A stretch of DNA of 64,000 bases from Eledone cirrhosa (lineage: Eukaryota), in NCBI GenBank assembly GCA_964016885.1, contig OZ024740.1:7502001-7566000 (forward strand), read 5' to 3'. The notes beneath the pieces are model-generated. The model was not told the DNA's origin. It was given only the letters and a program-made list of their open reading frames with translations, and searched no databases. This document shows positions 36,801 to 52,400 of the stretch, in pieces (position 1 is the stretch's first letter; each line of letters starts with the position of its first letter). The position numbers and the translations under genes are program-made.

Positions 36801-39800
36801 TGTCAGTTTCGATTGGTATATCAGTTTCTATTGGTATATCAGTTTTGATTGGTATGTCAATTTTGAATGGTATATCAGTTTCGATTAGTATGTCAGTTTC
36901 TATTGGTATATCAGTTTCAATTGGTATATCTGTTTCGATTGGTATGTCAGTTTCGATTGTTATGTCAGTTTCGATTAGTATATCAGTTTCTATTGGTATG
37001 TCAGTTTCTATTGGTATATCAGTTTCGATTGGTATATCAGTTTCGATTAGTATGTCAGTTTCTATTGGTATGTCAGTTTCGATTATTATATCAGTTTGGA
37101 TTGGTATGTCAATTTCAATTGGTATATCAGTTTCGATTATTATGTCAGTTTCGATTGGTATATCAGTTTTGATTGGTATGTCAGTTTCGATTAGTATATC
37201 AGTTTCTATTGGTATCTGAGTTTCTATTGGTATAACAGTTTCGATTAGTATGTCAGTTTCTATTGGTATGTCAGTTTCGATTAGTATAACAGTTTAGATT
37301 GGTATCTCAGTTTCTATTGGTATGACAGTTTCGATTGGTATATCAGTTTCGATTGGTATATCAGCTTCGATTGGTATATCAGTTTCTATTGGTATATCAG
37401 TTTCTATTGGTATGACAGTTTCGATTGCTATATCAGTTTCGATTGGTATGTCAGTTTGGATAGGTATGTCAGTTTCGATTGGTATGTCAGTTTGGATAGG
37501 TATGTCAATTTCGATTGGTATATCAGTTTCGATTGGTATATCAGTTTCGATTGGTATGTCAGTTTGGATAGGTATGTCAGTTTCGATTGGTATGTCAGTT
37601 TCGATTGGTAAGTCAGTTTCGATTGGTATGTCAATTTCGATTAGTATATCAGTTTCGATTGGTATGTCAGTTTCGATTGGTATATCAGTTTCGATTGGTA
37701 TCTCAGTTTTGATCAGTATGTTAGTTTCTATTGGTATATCAGTTTCGATAGGTATATCAGTTTCGTTCGGTATGTCAGTTTCGATTGGTATATCAGTTTC
37801 TATTGCTATATCCGTTTCTATTGGTATGTCAGTTTCGATTGGTATGTCAGTTTCTATTGGTATGTCAGTTTCGATTGTTAGGTCAGTTTCGATTGGTATA
37901 TCAGTTCTATTGATATGACAGTGTCGATTGGTATATCAGTTTTGATTAGTATGTCAGTTTCTATTGGTATGTAAGCTTCGATTATTATATCAGTTACTAT
38001 TAGTATGTCAGTTTCGATTGGTATGTCATTTTCGATTGGTATATCAGTTTCTATTGGTATGACAGTTTCGATTGGTATATCAGTTTCGATTGGTATATCA
38101 GTTTTTTCGATTGGTATATCAGTTTCGATTAGTATGTCAGTTTCTATTGGTATGTCAGTTTCGATTAGTATATCAGTTTGGATTGGTATGTCAATTACAA
38201 TTTGTATATCAGTTTCGATTAGTATGTCAGTTTTGATTAGTATATCAGTTTCTATTGGTATGTGAGTTTCTATTGGTATATCAGTTTTGATTGGTATATC
38301 AGTTTCGATTAGTATGTCAGTTTTGATTGGTATATCTGTTTCGATTGGTATGTCAGTTTCGATTAGTATATCAGTTTCTATTGGTATGTGAGTTTCTATT
38401 GGTATATCAGTTTCGATTGGTATATCAGTTTCGATTAGTATGTCAGTTTCTATTGGTATGTCACTTTCGATTAGTATGTCAGTTTCGATTGGTATATCAG
38501 TTTCGATTGGTATATCAGTTTCTATTGGTATATCAGTTTCTATTGGTATGTCAGTTTTGATTGGTATAGCAGTTTCTATTGGTATGTCAGTTTCGATTTG
38601 TATGTCAGTTTCTATTGGTATATCAGTTTCGATTGGTATATCAGTTTCGATTAGTATGTCAGTTTCTATTGGTATGTCAGTTTCGATTAGTATATCAGTC
38701 TGGATTGGTATGTCAATTACAATTGGTATATCAGTTTCGATTAGTATGTCAGTTTCGATTGGTATATCAGTTTCGATTGGTATGTCAGTTTCGATTAGTA
38801 TATCAGTTTCTATTGGTATGTGAGTTTCTATTGGTATATCAGTTTCGATTGGTATATCAGTTTCGATTGGTATATCAGTTTCGATTGGTATGTCAGTTGC
38901 GATTGGTATGTCAATTTCGATTGGTATATTAGTTTCGATTAGTATGTCAGTTTCTATTGGTATATCAGTATCTATTGGTATGTCAGTTTCGATAGGTATG
39001 TCTGTTTCTATTGGTATAACAGTTTCGATTGGTATGTCAGTTTCTATTGGTATATCAGTTTCGATTGGTATATCAGTTTCGGTTAGTGTGTCAGTTTCTA
39101 TTGGTATGTCAGTTTCGATTAGTATGTCAGTTTCGATTGTTATATCAGTTTCATTTGGTATATCAGTTTCTATTGGTATATCAGTTTCTATTGGTATGTC
39201 AGTTTTGATTGGTATAGCAGTTTCTATTGGTATGTCAGTTTCGATTGGTATGTCAGTTTATATTGGTATATCAGTTTCGATTGGTATGTCAGTTTCTATT
39301 GGTATGTCAGTTTCGATTATTATGTCAGTTACTATTGGTATGTCAGTTTCTATTAGTATATCAGTTTCGATTGGTATATCAGTTTCGATTGGTATGTCAG
39401 TTTCGATTGGTATATCAGTTTCTATTGGTATAACAGTTTAGATTGATATATCAGTTTCGATTAGTATGTCAGTTTCTATTGGTATATCAGTTTCGATTGT
39501 TATATCAGTTTCGATTGCTATATCAGTTCCGATTGGTATGTCAGTTTCTATTGGTATATCAGTTTCTATTGGTATGTCAGTTTCGATTGGTATGTCAGTT
39601 TCGATTGGTATGTCAGTTTCTATTGTTATATCAGATTCGATTAGTATGTCAGTTTCGATTAGTATATCAGTTTCTATTGCTATGTCAGTTTCGATTGCTA
39701 TATCAGTTTCTATTGGTATATCAGTTTCTATTGGTATGTCAGTTTTTATTGGTATATCAGTTTCTATTGGTATGTCAGTTTCGATTGTTATGTCAGTTTC

Positions 39801-42800
39801 TATTGGTATGTCAGTTTCGATTATTATATCAGTTTCTATTGGTTTGTCAGTTTCGATTGGTATATCAGTTTCTATTGGTATATCAGTTTTGATTGGTATG
39901 TCAATTTTGAATGGTATATCAGTTTCGATTAGTATGTCAGTTTCTATTGGTATATCAGTTTCAATTGGTATATCTGTTTCGATTGGTATGTCAGTTTCGA
40001 TTGTTATGTCAGTTTCGATTAGTATATCAGTTTCTATTGGTATGTCAGTTTCTATTGGTATATCAGTTTCGATTGGTATATCAGTTTCGATTAGTATGTC
40101 AGTTTCTATTGGTATGTCAGTTTCGATTATTATATCAGTTTGGATTGGTATGTCAATTTCAATTGGTATATCAGTTTCGATTAGTATGTCAGTTTCGATC
40201 GGTATATCAGTTTCGATTGGTATGTCAGTTTCGATTAGTATATCAGTTTCTATTGGTATCTGAGTTTCTATTAGTATATCAGTTTCGATTAGTATGTCAG
40301 TTTCTATTGGTATGTCAGTTTCGATTAGTATAACAGTTTAGATTGGTATCTCAGTTTCTATTGGTATGACAGTTTCGATTGGTATATCAGTTTCGATTGG
40401 TACATCAGCTTCGATTGTTATATCAGTTTCTATTAGTATATCAGTTTCTATTGGTATGACAGTTTCGATTGCTATATCAGTTTCGATTGGTATGTCAGTT
40501 TGGATAGGTATGTCAGTTTCGATTGGTATGTCAGTTTCGATTGGTATGTCAATTTCGATTGGTATATCAGTTTCGATTGGTATATCAGTTTCTATTGGTA
40601 TATCAGTTTCTATTGGTATGTCAGTTTTGATTGGTATATCAGTTTCGATTAGTATGTCAGTTTCTATTGGTATGTCAGTTTCGATTAGTATATCAGTTTG
40701 GATTGGTATGTCAATTACAATTGGTATATCAGTTTCGATTTGTATGTCAGTTTCGATTGGTATATCAGTTTCGATTGGTATGTCAGTTTCGATTAGTATA
40801 TCAGTTTCTATTGGTATGTGAGTTTCTATTGGTATATCAGTTTCGATTGGTATATCAGTTTCGATTGGTATATCAGTTTCGATTGGTATGTCAGTTGCGA
40901 TTGTTATGTCAATTTCGATTGGTATATTAGTTTCGATTAGTATGTCAGTTTCTATTGGTATATCAGTATCTATTGGTATGTCAGTTTCGATAGGTATGTC
41001 TGTTTCTATTGGTATAACAGTTTCGATTGGTATGTCAGTTTCTATTGGTATATCAGTTTCGATTGGTATATCAGTTTCGATTAGTATGTCAGTTTCTATA
41101 GGTATGTCAGTTTCGATTAGTATAACAGTTTAGATTGGTATCTCAGTTTCTATTGGTATGTCATTTTCGATTATTATGTCAGTTACTATTGGTATGTCAG
41201 TTTCTATTAGTATATCAGTTTCGATTGGTATATCAGTTTCGATTGGTATGTCAGTTTCGATTGGTATATCAGTTTCGATTGTTATATCAGTTTCGATTGC
41301 TATATCAGTTCCGATTGGTATGTCAGTTTCTATTGGTATATCAGTTTCTATTGGTATGTCAGTTTCGATTGGTATGCCAGTTTCGATTGGTATGTCAATT
41401 TCGATTGGTATATCAGTTTCGATTAGTACGTCAGTTACTATTGGTATATCACTTTCGATTGGTATATCTGTTTCGATTGGTATGTCAGTTTCTATTGTTA
41501 TATCAGATTCGATTAGTATGTCAGTTTCGATTAGTATATCAGTCTCTATTGCTATGTCAGTTTCGATTGGTATATCAGTTTCTATTGGTATATCAGTTTC
41601 TATTGGTATGTCAGTTTTTATTGGTATATCAGTTTCTATTGGTATGTCAGTTTCGATTGTTATGTCAGTTTCTATTGGTATGTCAGTTTCGATTAGTATA
41701 TCGGTTTCTATTGGTTTGTCAGTTTCGATTGGTATATCAGTTTCTATTGGTATATCAGTTTTGATTGGTATGTCAATTTTGAATGGTATATCAGTTTCGA
41801 TTAGTATGTCAGTTTCTATTGGTATATCAGTTTCAATTGGTATATCTGTTTCGATTGGTATGTCAGTTTCGATTGTTATGTCAGTTTCGATTAGTATATC
41901 AGTTTCTATTGGTATGTCAGTTTCTATTGGTATATCAGTTTCGATTGGTATATCAGTTTCGATTAGTATGTCAGTTTCTATTGGTATGTCAGTTTCGATT
42001 ATTATATCAGTTTGGATTGGTATGTCAATTTCAATTGGTATATCAGTTTCGATTATTATGTCAGTTTCGATTGGTATATCAGTTTTGATTGGTATGTCAG
42101 TTTCGATTAGTATATCAGTTTCTATTGGTATCTGAGTTTCTATTGGTATAACAGTTTCGATTAGTATGTCAGTTTCTATTGGTATGTCAGTTTCGATTAG
42201 TATAACAGTTTAGATTGGTATCTCAGTTTCTATTGGTATGACAGTTTCGATTGGTATATCAGTATCGATTGGTATATCAGCTTCGATTGGTATATCAGTT
42301 TCTATTGGTATATCAGTTTCTATTGGTATGACAGTTTCGATTGCTATATCAGTTTCGATTGGTATGTCAGTTTGGATAGGTATGTCAGTTTCGATTGGTA
42401 TGTCAGTTTGGATAGGTATGTCAATTTCGATTGGTATATCAGTTTCGATTGGTATATCAGTTTCGATTGGTATGTCAGTTTGGATAGGTATGTCAGTTTC
42501 GATTGGTATGTCAGTTTCGATTGGTAAGTCAGTTTCGATTGGTATGTCAATTTCGATTAGTATATCAGTTTCGATTGGTATGTCAGTTTCGATTGGTATA
42601 TCAGTTTCGATTGGTATCTCAGTTTTGATCAGTATGTTAGTTTCTATTGGTATATCAGTTTCGATAGGTATATCAGTTTCGTTCGGTATGTCAGTTTCGA
42701 TTGGTATATCAGTTTCTATTGCTATATCCGTTTCTATTGGTATGTCAGTTTCGATTGGTATGTCAGTTTCTATTGGTATGTCAGTTTCGATTGTTAGGTC

Positions 42801-43440
42801 AGTTTCGATTGGTATATCAGTTCTATTGATATGACAGTGTCGATTGGTATATCAGTTTTGATTAGTATGTCAGTTTCTATTGGTATGTAAGCTTCGATTA
42901 TTATATCAGTTACTATTAGTATGTCAGTTTCGATTGGTATGTCATTTTCGATTGGTATATCAGTTTCTATTGGTATGACAGTTTCGATTGGTATATCAGT
43001 TTCGATTGGTATATCAGTTTTTTCGATTGGTATATCAGTTTCGATTAGTATGTCAGTTTCTATTGGTATGTCAGTTTCGATTAGTATATCAGTTTGGATT
43101 GGTATGTCAATTACAATTTGTATATCAGTTTCGATTAGTATGTCAGTTTTGATTAGTATATCAGTTTCTATTGGTATGTGAGTTTCTATTGGTATATCAG
43201 TTTTGATTGGTATATCAGTTTCGATTAGTATGTCAGTTTTGATTGGTATATCTGTTTCGATTGGTATGTCAGTTTCGATTAGTATATCAGTTTCTATTGG
43301 TATGTGAGTTTCTATTGGTATATCAGTTTCGATTGGTATATCAGTTTCGATTAGTATGTCAGTTTCTATTGGTATGTCACTTTCGATTAGTATGTCAGTT
43401 TCGATTGGTATATCAGTTTCGATTGGTATATCAGTTTCTA
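27870..43440. repeat. Higher-order repeat, 4916-bp unit (273 monomers), about 3.2 near-identical tandem copies
   Basis: Identical ORF translations recur at +4916 (29058/33974/38890; 32406/37322/42238). A diagnostic +3 T insertion (cagttttttcg) lies near 28270, 33186, 38102 and 43018. 4916 = 273x18 + 3 - 1. Confidence 0.93.
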
Positions 43441-46400
43441 ATGGTATATCAGTTTCTATTGGTATATCAGTGTCGATTGGTATGTCAGGTTCGATTAGTA
43501 TATCAGTTTCTATTGGTATGTGAGTTTCTATTGGTATATCAGTTTCGATTGGTATATCAGTTTCGATTAGTATGTCAGTTTCTATTGGTATGTCAGTTTC
43601 GATTAGTATGTCAGTCTCGATTGGTATATCAGTTTCGATTGGTATATCAGTTTCTATTGGTATATCACTTTCTATTGGTATGTCAGTTTTGATTGGTATA
43701 GCAGTTTCTATTGGTATGTCAGTTTCGATTGGTATGTCAGTTTCTATTGGTAAATCAGTTTCGATTGGTATGTCAGTTTCTATTGGTATGTCAGTTTCGA
43801 TTAGTATGTCAGTTTCTATTGGTATGTCAGTTTCGATTAGTATATCAGTTTCTATTGGTATGTCAGTTTCGATTGGTATATCAGTTTCGATTGGTATATC
43901 AGTTTCGATTAGTATGTCAGTTTCTATTGGTATGTGAGTTTCTATTGGTATATCAGTTTCGATTGGTATATCAGTTTCGATTAGTATGTCAGTTTCTATT
44001 GGTACGTCAGTTTCGATTAGTATAACAGTTTAGATTGGTATATCAGTTTCTATTGGTATGACAGTTTCGATTGGTATATCAGTTTCCATTGGTATATCAG
44101 TTTCTATTGGTATATCAGTTTCTATTGGTATGACAGTTTCGATTGCTATATCAGTTTCGATTGGTATGTCAGTTTCGACTGGTAAGTCAGTTTCGATTGG
44201 TATGTCAATTTCGATTGGTATATCAGTTTCGATTGGTATGTCAGTTTCATTTGGTATCTCAGTTTTGATTAGTATATTAGTTTCTATTGGTATGTGAGTT
44301 TCTATTGGTATATCAGTTTCGATTGGTATATCAGTTTCGATTAGTATGTCAGTTTCGATTGGTATATCAGTTTCGATTGGTATGTCAGTTTCGATTGGTA
44401 TATCAGTTTCGATTGGTATATCAGTTTCTATTGGTATATCAGTTTCTATTGGTATGTCAGTTTTGATTGGTATAGCAGTTTCTATTGGTATGTCAGTTTC
44501 GATTGGTATGTCAGTTTCTATTGGTATATCAGTTTCGATTGGTATATCAGTTTCGATTAGTATGTCAGTTTCTATTGGTATGTCAGTTTCGATTAGTATA
44601 TCAGTTTGGATTGGTATGTCAATTACAATTGGTATATCAGTTTCGATTAGTATGTCAGTTTCGATTGGTATATCAGTTTCGATTGGTATGTCAGTTTCGA
44701 TTAGTATATCAGTTTCTATTGGTATATCAGTTTCTATTGGTATGTCAGTTTTGATTGGTATAGCAGTTTCTATTGGTATGTCAGTTTCGATTGGTATGTC
44801 AGTTTCTATTGGTATATCAGTTTCGATTGGTATATCAGTTTCGATTAGTATGTCAGTTTCTATTGGTATGTCAGTTTCGATTAGTATATCAGTTTGGATT
44901 GGTATGTCAATTACAATTGGTATATCAGTTTCGATTAGTATGTCAGTTTCGATTGGTATATCAGTTTCGATTGGTATGTCAGTTTCGATTAGTATATCAG
45001 TTTCTATTGGTATGTGAGTTTCTATTGGTATATCAGTTTCGATTGGTATGTCAGTTTCGATTAGTATGTCAGTTTCGATTGGTATATCAGTTTCGATTGG
45101 TATATCACTTTCTATTGGTATGTCAGTTTTGATTGGTATAGCAGTTTCTATTGGTATGTCAGTTTCGATTGGTATGTCAGTTTCTATTGGTATATCAGTT
45201 TCGATTGGTATGTCAGTTTCTATTGGTATGTCAGTTTCGATTAGTATGTCAGTTTCTATTGGTATGTCAGTTTCGATTAGTATATCAGTTTCTATTTGTA
45301 TGTCAGTTTCGATTGGTATATCAGTTTCGATTGGTATATCAGTTTCGATTAGTATGTCAGTTTCTATTTGTATGTGAGTTTCTATTGGTATATCAGTTTC
45401 GATTGGTATATCAGTTTCGATTAGTATGTCAGTTTCTATTGGTACGTCAGTTTCGATTAGTATAACAGTTTAGATTGGTATATCAGTTTCTATTGGTATA
45501 TCAGTTTCGATTGGTATATCAGTTTCTATTGGTATATCAGTTTCTATTGGTATGACAGTTTCGATTGCTATATCAGTTTCGATTGGTATGTCAGTTTGGA
45601 TAGGTATGTCAGTTTCGATTGGTATGACAGTTTCGATTGGTAAGTCAGTTTCGATTGGTATGTCAATTTCGATTGGTATATCAGTTTCGATTGGTATGTC
45701 AGTTTCATTTGGTATCTCAGTTTTGATTAGTATATTAGTTTCTATTGATATGTCGGTTTCTATTGGTATATCAGTTTCGATTGGTATCTCAGTTTTGATT
45801 AGTATATTAGTTTCTATTGGTATGTCGGTTTCTATTGGTATATCAGTTTCGATTGGTATATCAGTTTTGATCAGTATGTCAGTTTCTATTGATATGTCAG
45901 TTTCGATTGGTATGTCAGATTCTATTAGTATATCAGTTTCGATTCGTATGTCAGTTTCGATTGGTATGTCAGTTTCGATTGGTATATCAGTTTCTATTGG
46001 TATGTCAGTTTTGATTGGTATAGCAGTTTCTATTGGTATGTCATTTTCGATTGGTATGTCAGCTTCTATTGGTATATCAGTTTCGATTGGTATGTCAGTT
46101 TCAATTGGTATGTCAGTTTCGATTATTATATCAGTTACTATTGGTAAGTCAGTTTCGATTCATATGTCAATTTCAATTAGTATATCAGTTTCTATTGGTA
46201 TGTTAGTTTCTATTGGTATATCAGTTTCGATAGGTATATCAGTTTCGTTCGGTATGTCAGTTTCGATTGGTATATCAGTTTCTATTGCTATATCTGTTTC
46301 TATTGGTATGTCAGTTTCGATTGGTATGTCAGTTTCTATTGGTATGTCAGTTTCGATTGGTATGTCAGTTTCGATTGGTATATCAGTTCGATTGATATGA

Positions 46401-49400
46401 CAGTGTCGATTGGTATATCAGTTTTGATTAGTATGTCAGTTTCTATTGGTATGTAAGTTTCGATTATTATATCAGTTACTATTAGTATGTCAGTTTCGAT
46501 TGGTATGTCATTTTCGATTGGTATATCAGTTTCTATTGGTATGACAGTTTCGATTGGTATATCAGTTTGGATTGGTATGTCAATTACAATTTGTATATCA
46601 GTTTCGATTAGTATGTCAGTTTCGATTAGTATATCAGTTTCTATTGGTATGTGAGTTTCTATTGGTATATCAGTTTCGATTGGTATATCAGTTTCGATTA
46701 GTATGTCAGTTTCGATTGGTATATCAGTTTCGATAGGTATGTCAGTTTCGATTAGTATATCAGTTTCTATTGGTATGTGAGTTTCTATTGGTATATCAGT
46801 TTCGATTGGTATATCAGTTTCGATTAGTATGTCAGTTTCTATTGGTATGTCAGTTTCGATTAGTATGTCAGTTTCGATTGGTATATCAGTTTCGATTGTT
46901 ATATCAGTTTCTATTGGTATATCAGTTTCTATTGGTATGTCAGTTTTGATTGGTATATCAGTTTCGATTGGTATATCAGTTTCGATTAGTATGTCAGTTT
47001 CTATTGGTATGTCAGTTTCGATTAGTATATCAGTTTGGATTGGTATGTCAATTACAATTGGTATATCAGTTTCGATTAGTATGTCAGTTTCGATTGGTAT
47101 ATCAGTTTCGATTGGTATGTCAGATTCGATTAGTATATCAGTTTCTATTGTTATGTGAGTTTCTATTGGTATATCAGTTTCGATTGGTATATCAGTTTCG
47201 ATTGGTATATCAGTTTCTATTGGTATATCACTTTCTATTGGTATGTCAGTTTTGATTGGTTTAGCAGTTTCTATTGGTATGTCAGTTTCGATTGGTATGT
47301 CAGTTTCTATTGGTATATCAGTTTCGATTGGTATGTCAGTTCCTATTGGTATGTCAGTTTCGATTAATATGTCAGTTTCTATTGGTATGTCAGTTTCGAT
47401 TAGTATATCAGTTTCTATTGGTATGTCAGTTTCGATTGGTATATCAGTTTCGATTGGTATATCAGTTTCGATTAGTATGTCAGTTTCTATTGGTATTTGA
47501 GTTTCTATTGGTATATCAGTTTCGATTGGTATATCAGTTTCGATTAGTATGTCAGTTTCTATTGGTACTTCAGTTTCGATTAGTATAACAGTTTAGATTG
47601 GTATATCAGTTTCTATTGGTATGAGAGTTTCGATTGGTATATCAGTTTCCATTGGTATATCAGTTTCGATTGGTATATCAGTTTCTATTGGTATATCAGT
47701 TTCTATTGGTATGACAGTTTCGATTGCTATATCAGTTTCGATTGGTATGTCAGTTTGGATAGGTATGTCAGTTTCGATTGGTCTGTCAGTTTCGACTGGA
47801 AAGTCAGTTTCGATTGGTATGTCAATTTCGATTGGTATATCAGTTTCGATTGGTATGTCAGTTTCATTTGGTATCTCAGTTTTGATTAGTATATCAGTTT
47901 CTATTGGTATGTGAGTTTCTATTGGTATATCAGTTTCGATTGGTATATCAGTTTCGATTAGTATGTCAGTTTCGATTGGTATATCAGTTTCGATTGGTAT
48001 GTCAGTTTCGATTAGTATATCAGTTTCTATTGGTATGTGAGTTTCTATTGGTATATCAGTTTCGATTGGTATATCAGTTTCGATTAGTATGTCAGTTTCT
48101 ATTGGTATGTCAGTTTCGATTAGTATGTCAGTTTCGATTGGTATATCAGTTTCTATTGGTATATCAGTTTCTATTGGTATGTCAGTTTCTATTGGTATAG
48201 CAGTTTCTATTGGTATGTCAGTTTCGATTGGTATGTCAGTATCTATTGGTATATCAGTTTCGATTGGTATATCAGTTTCGATTAGTATGTCAGTTTCTAT
48301 TGGTATATCAGTTTCGATTGGTATGTCAGTTTCGATTAGTATATCAGTTTCTATTGGTATGTGAGTTTCTATTGGTATATCAGTTTCGATTGGTATATCA
48401 GTTTCGATTAGTATGTCAGTTTCTATTGGTACGTCAGTTTCGATTAGTATAACAGTTTAGATTTGTATATCAGTTTCTATTGGTATGACAGTTTCGATTG
48501 GTATATCAGTTTCCATTGGTATATCAGTTTCTATTGGTATATCAGTTTCTATTGGTATATCAGTTTCTATTGGTATGACAGTTTCGATTGCTATATCAGT
48601 TTCGATTGGTATGTCAGTTTGGATAGGTATGTCAGTTTCGATTGGTATGTCAGTTTCGATTGGTAAGTCAGTTTCGATTGGTATGTCAATTTCGATTGGT
48701 ATACCAGTTTCGATTGGTATGTCAGTTTCATTTTGTATCTCAGTTTTGATTAGTATATTAGTTTCTATTGATATGTCGGTTTCTATTGGTATATCAGTTT
48801 CGATTGGTATATCAGTTTTGATTAATATGTCAGTTTCTATTGGTATGTCAGTTTCGATTAGTATATCAGTTTCTATTGATATGTCAGTTTCGATTGGTAT
48901 GTCAGATTCTATTAGTATATCAGTTTCGATTAGTTTGTCAGTTTCGATTGGTATATCAGTTTCGATTGGTATATCAGTTTCTATTGGTATATCAGTTTCT
49001 ATTGGTATGTCATCAGTTTTGATTGGTATAGCAGTTTCTATTGGTATGTCAGTTTTCGATTTTTATGTCAGTTTCTATTGGTATATCAGTTTCGATTGGT
49101 ATGTCAGTTTCTATTGGTATGTCAGTTTCGATTGGTATGTCAGTTTCGATTAGTATATCAGTTTCTATAGGTATGTCAGTTTCTGTTAGTATATCAGTTT
49201 CGATCGGTATATCAGTTTCGATTGGTATGTCAGTTTCGATTGGTATATCAGTTTCTATTGGTATATCAGTTTAGATTGATATATCAGTTTCGATTAGTAT
49301 GTCAGTTTCTATTGGTATATCAGTTTCGATTGGTATATCAGTTTCGATTGTTATATCAGTTTCGAATTGTATGTCAGTTTCTATTGGTATATCAGTTTCG

Positions 49401-52400
49401 ATTGTTATATCAGTTTCGATTGGTATGTCAGTTTCGATTGGTATGTCAGTTTCGATTGGTATGTCAATTTCGATTGGTATATCAGTTTCGATTAGTATGT
49501 CAGTTACTATTGGTATATCACTTTCGATTGGTATATCTGTTTCGATTGGTATGTCAGTTTCTATTGTTATATCAGATTTGATTATTATGTCAGTTTCGAT
49601 TAGTATATCAGTTTCTATTGTTATGTCAGTTTCGATTGGTATATCACTTTCTATTGGTATATCAGTGTCGATTGGTATATCAGTTTTGATTAGTATGTCA
49701 GTTTCTATTGGTATGTAAGTTTCGATTATTATATCAGTTACTATTAGTATGTCAGTTTCGATTGGTATGTCATTTTCGATTGGTATATCAGTTTCTATTG
49801 GTATGACAGTTTCGATTGGTATATCAGTTTGGATTGGTATGTCAATTACAATTTGTATATCAGTTTCGATTAGTATGTCAGTTTCGATTAGTATATCAGT
49901 TTCTATTGGTATGTGAGTTTCTATTGGTATATCAGTTTCGATTGGTATATCAGTTTCGATTAGTATGTCAGTTTCGATTGGTATATCAGTTTCGATAGGT
50001 ATGTCAGTTTCGATTAGTATATCAGTTTCTATTGGTATGTGAGTTTCTATTGGTATATCAGTTTCGATTGGTATATCAGTTTCGATTAGTATGTCAGTTT
50101 CTATTGGTATGTCAGTTTCGATTAGTATGTCAGTTTCGATTGGTATATCAGTTTCGATTGTTATATCAGTTTCTATTGGTATATCAGTTTCTATTGGTAT
50201 GTCAGTTTTGATTGGTATATCAGTTTCGATTGGTATATCAGTTTCGATTAGTATGTCAGTTTCTATTGGTATGTCAGTTTCGATTAGTATATCAGTTTGG
50301 ATTGGTATGTCAATTACAATTGGTATATCAGTTTCGATTAGTATGTCAGTTTCGATTGGTATATCAGTTTCGATTGGTATGTCAGATTCGATTAGTATAT
50401 CAGTTTCTATTGTTATGTGAGTTTCTATTGGTATATCAGTTTCGATTGGTATATCAGTTTCGATTGGTATATCAGTTTCTATTGGTATATCACTTTCTAT
50501 TGGTATGTCAGTTTTGATTGGTTTAGCAGTTTCTATTGGTATGTCAGTTTCGATTGGTATGTCAGTTTCTATTGGTATATCAGTTTCGATTGGTATGTCA
50601 GTTCCTATTGGTATGTCAGTTTCGATTAATATGTCAGTTTCTATTGGTATGTCAGTTTCGATTAGTATATCAGTTTCTATTGGTATGTCAGTTTCGATTG
50701 GTATATCAGTTTCGATTGGTATATCAGTTTCGATTAGTATGTCAGTTTCTATTGGTATTTGAGTTTCTATTGGTATATCAGTTTCGATTGGTATATCAGT
50801 TTCGATTAGTATGTCAGTTTCTATTGGTACTTCAGTTTCGATTAGTATAACAGTTTAGATTGGTATATCAGTTTCTATTGGTATGAGAGTTTCGATTGGT
50901 ATATCAGTTTCCATTGGTATATCAGTTTCGATTGGTATATCAGTTTCTATTGGTATATCAGTTTCTATTGGTATGACAGTTTCGATTGCTATATCAGTTT
51001 CGATTGGTATGTCAGTTTGGATAGGTATGTCAGTTTCGATTGGTCTGTCAGTTTCGACTGGAAAGTCAGTTTCGATTGGTATGTCAATTTCGATTGGTAT
51101 ATCAGTTTCGATTGGTATGTCAGTTTCATTTGGTATCTCAGTTTTGATTAGTATATCAGTTTCTATTGGTATGTGAGTTTCTATTGGTATATCAGTTTCG
51201 ATTGGTATATCAGTTTCGATTAGTATGTCAGTTTCGATTGGTATATCAGTTTCGATTGGTATGTCAGTTTCGATTAGTATATCAGTTTCTATTGGTATGT
51301 GAGTTTCTATTGGTATATCAGTTTCGATTGGTATATCAGTTTCGATTAGTATGTCAGTTTCTATTGGTATGTCAGTTTCGATTAGTATGTCAGTTTCGAT
51401 TGGTATATCAGTTTCTATTGGTATATCAGTTTCTATTGGTATGTCAGTTTCTATTGGTATAGCAGTTTCTATTGGTATGTCAGTTTCGATTGGTATGTCA
51501 GTATCTATTGGTATATCAGTTTCGATTGGTATATCAGTTTCGATTAGTATGTCAGTTTCTATTGGTATATCAGTTTCGATTGGTATGTCAGTTTCGATTA
51601 GTATATCAGTTTCTATTGGTATGTGAGTTTCTATTGGTATATCAGTTTCGATTGGTATATCAGTTTCGATTAGTATGTCAGTTTCTATTGGTACGTCAGT
51701 TTCGATTAGTATAACAGTTTAGATTTGTATATCAGTTTCTATTGGTATGACAGTTTCGATTGGTATATCAGTTTCCATTGGTATATCAGTTTCTATTGGT
51801 ATATCAGTTTCTATTGGTATATCAGTTTCTATTGGTATGACAGTTTCGATTGCTATATCAGTTTCGATTGGTATGTCAGTTTGGATATGTATGTCAGTTT
51901 CGATTGGTATGTCAGTTTCGATTGGTAAGTCAGTTTCGATTGGTATGTCAATTTCGATTGGTATACCAGTTTCGATTGGTATGTCAGTTTCATTTTGTAT
52001 CTCAGTTTTGATTAGTATATTAGTTTCTATTGATATGTCGGTTTCTATTGGTATATCAGTTTCGATTGGTATATCAGTTTTGATTAATATGTCAGTTTCT
52101 ATTGGTATGTCAGTTTCGATTAGTATATCAGTTTCTATTGATATGTCAGTTTCGATTGGTATGTCAGATTCTATTAGTATATCAGTTTCGATTAGTTTGT
52201 CAGTTTCGATTGGTATATCAGTTTCGATTGGTATATCAGTTTCTATTGGTATATCAGTTTCTATTGGTATGTCATCAGTTTTGATTGGTATAGCAGTTTC
52301 TATTGGTATGTCAGTTTTCGATTTTTATGTCAGTTTCTATTGGTATATCAGTTTCGATTGGTATGTCAGTTTCTATTGGTATGTCAGTTTCGATTGGTAT

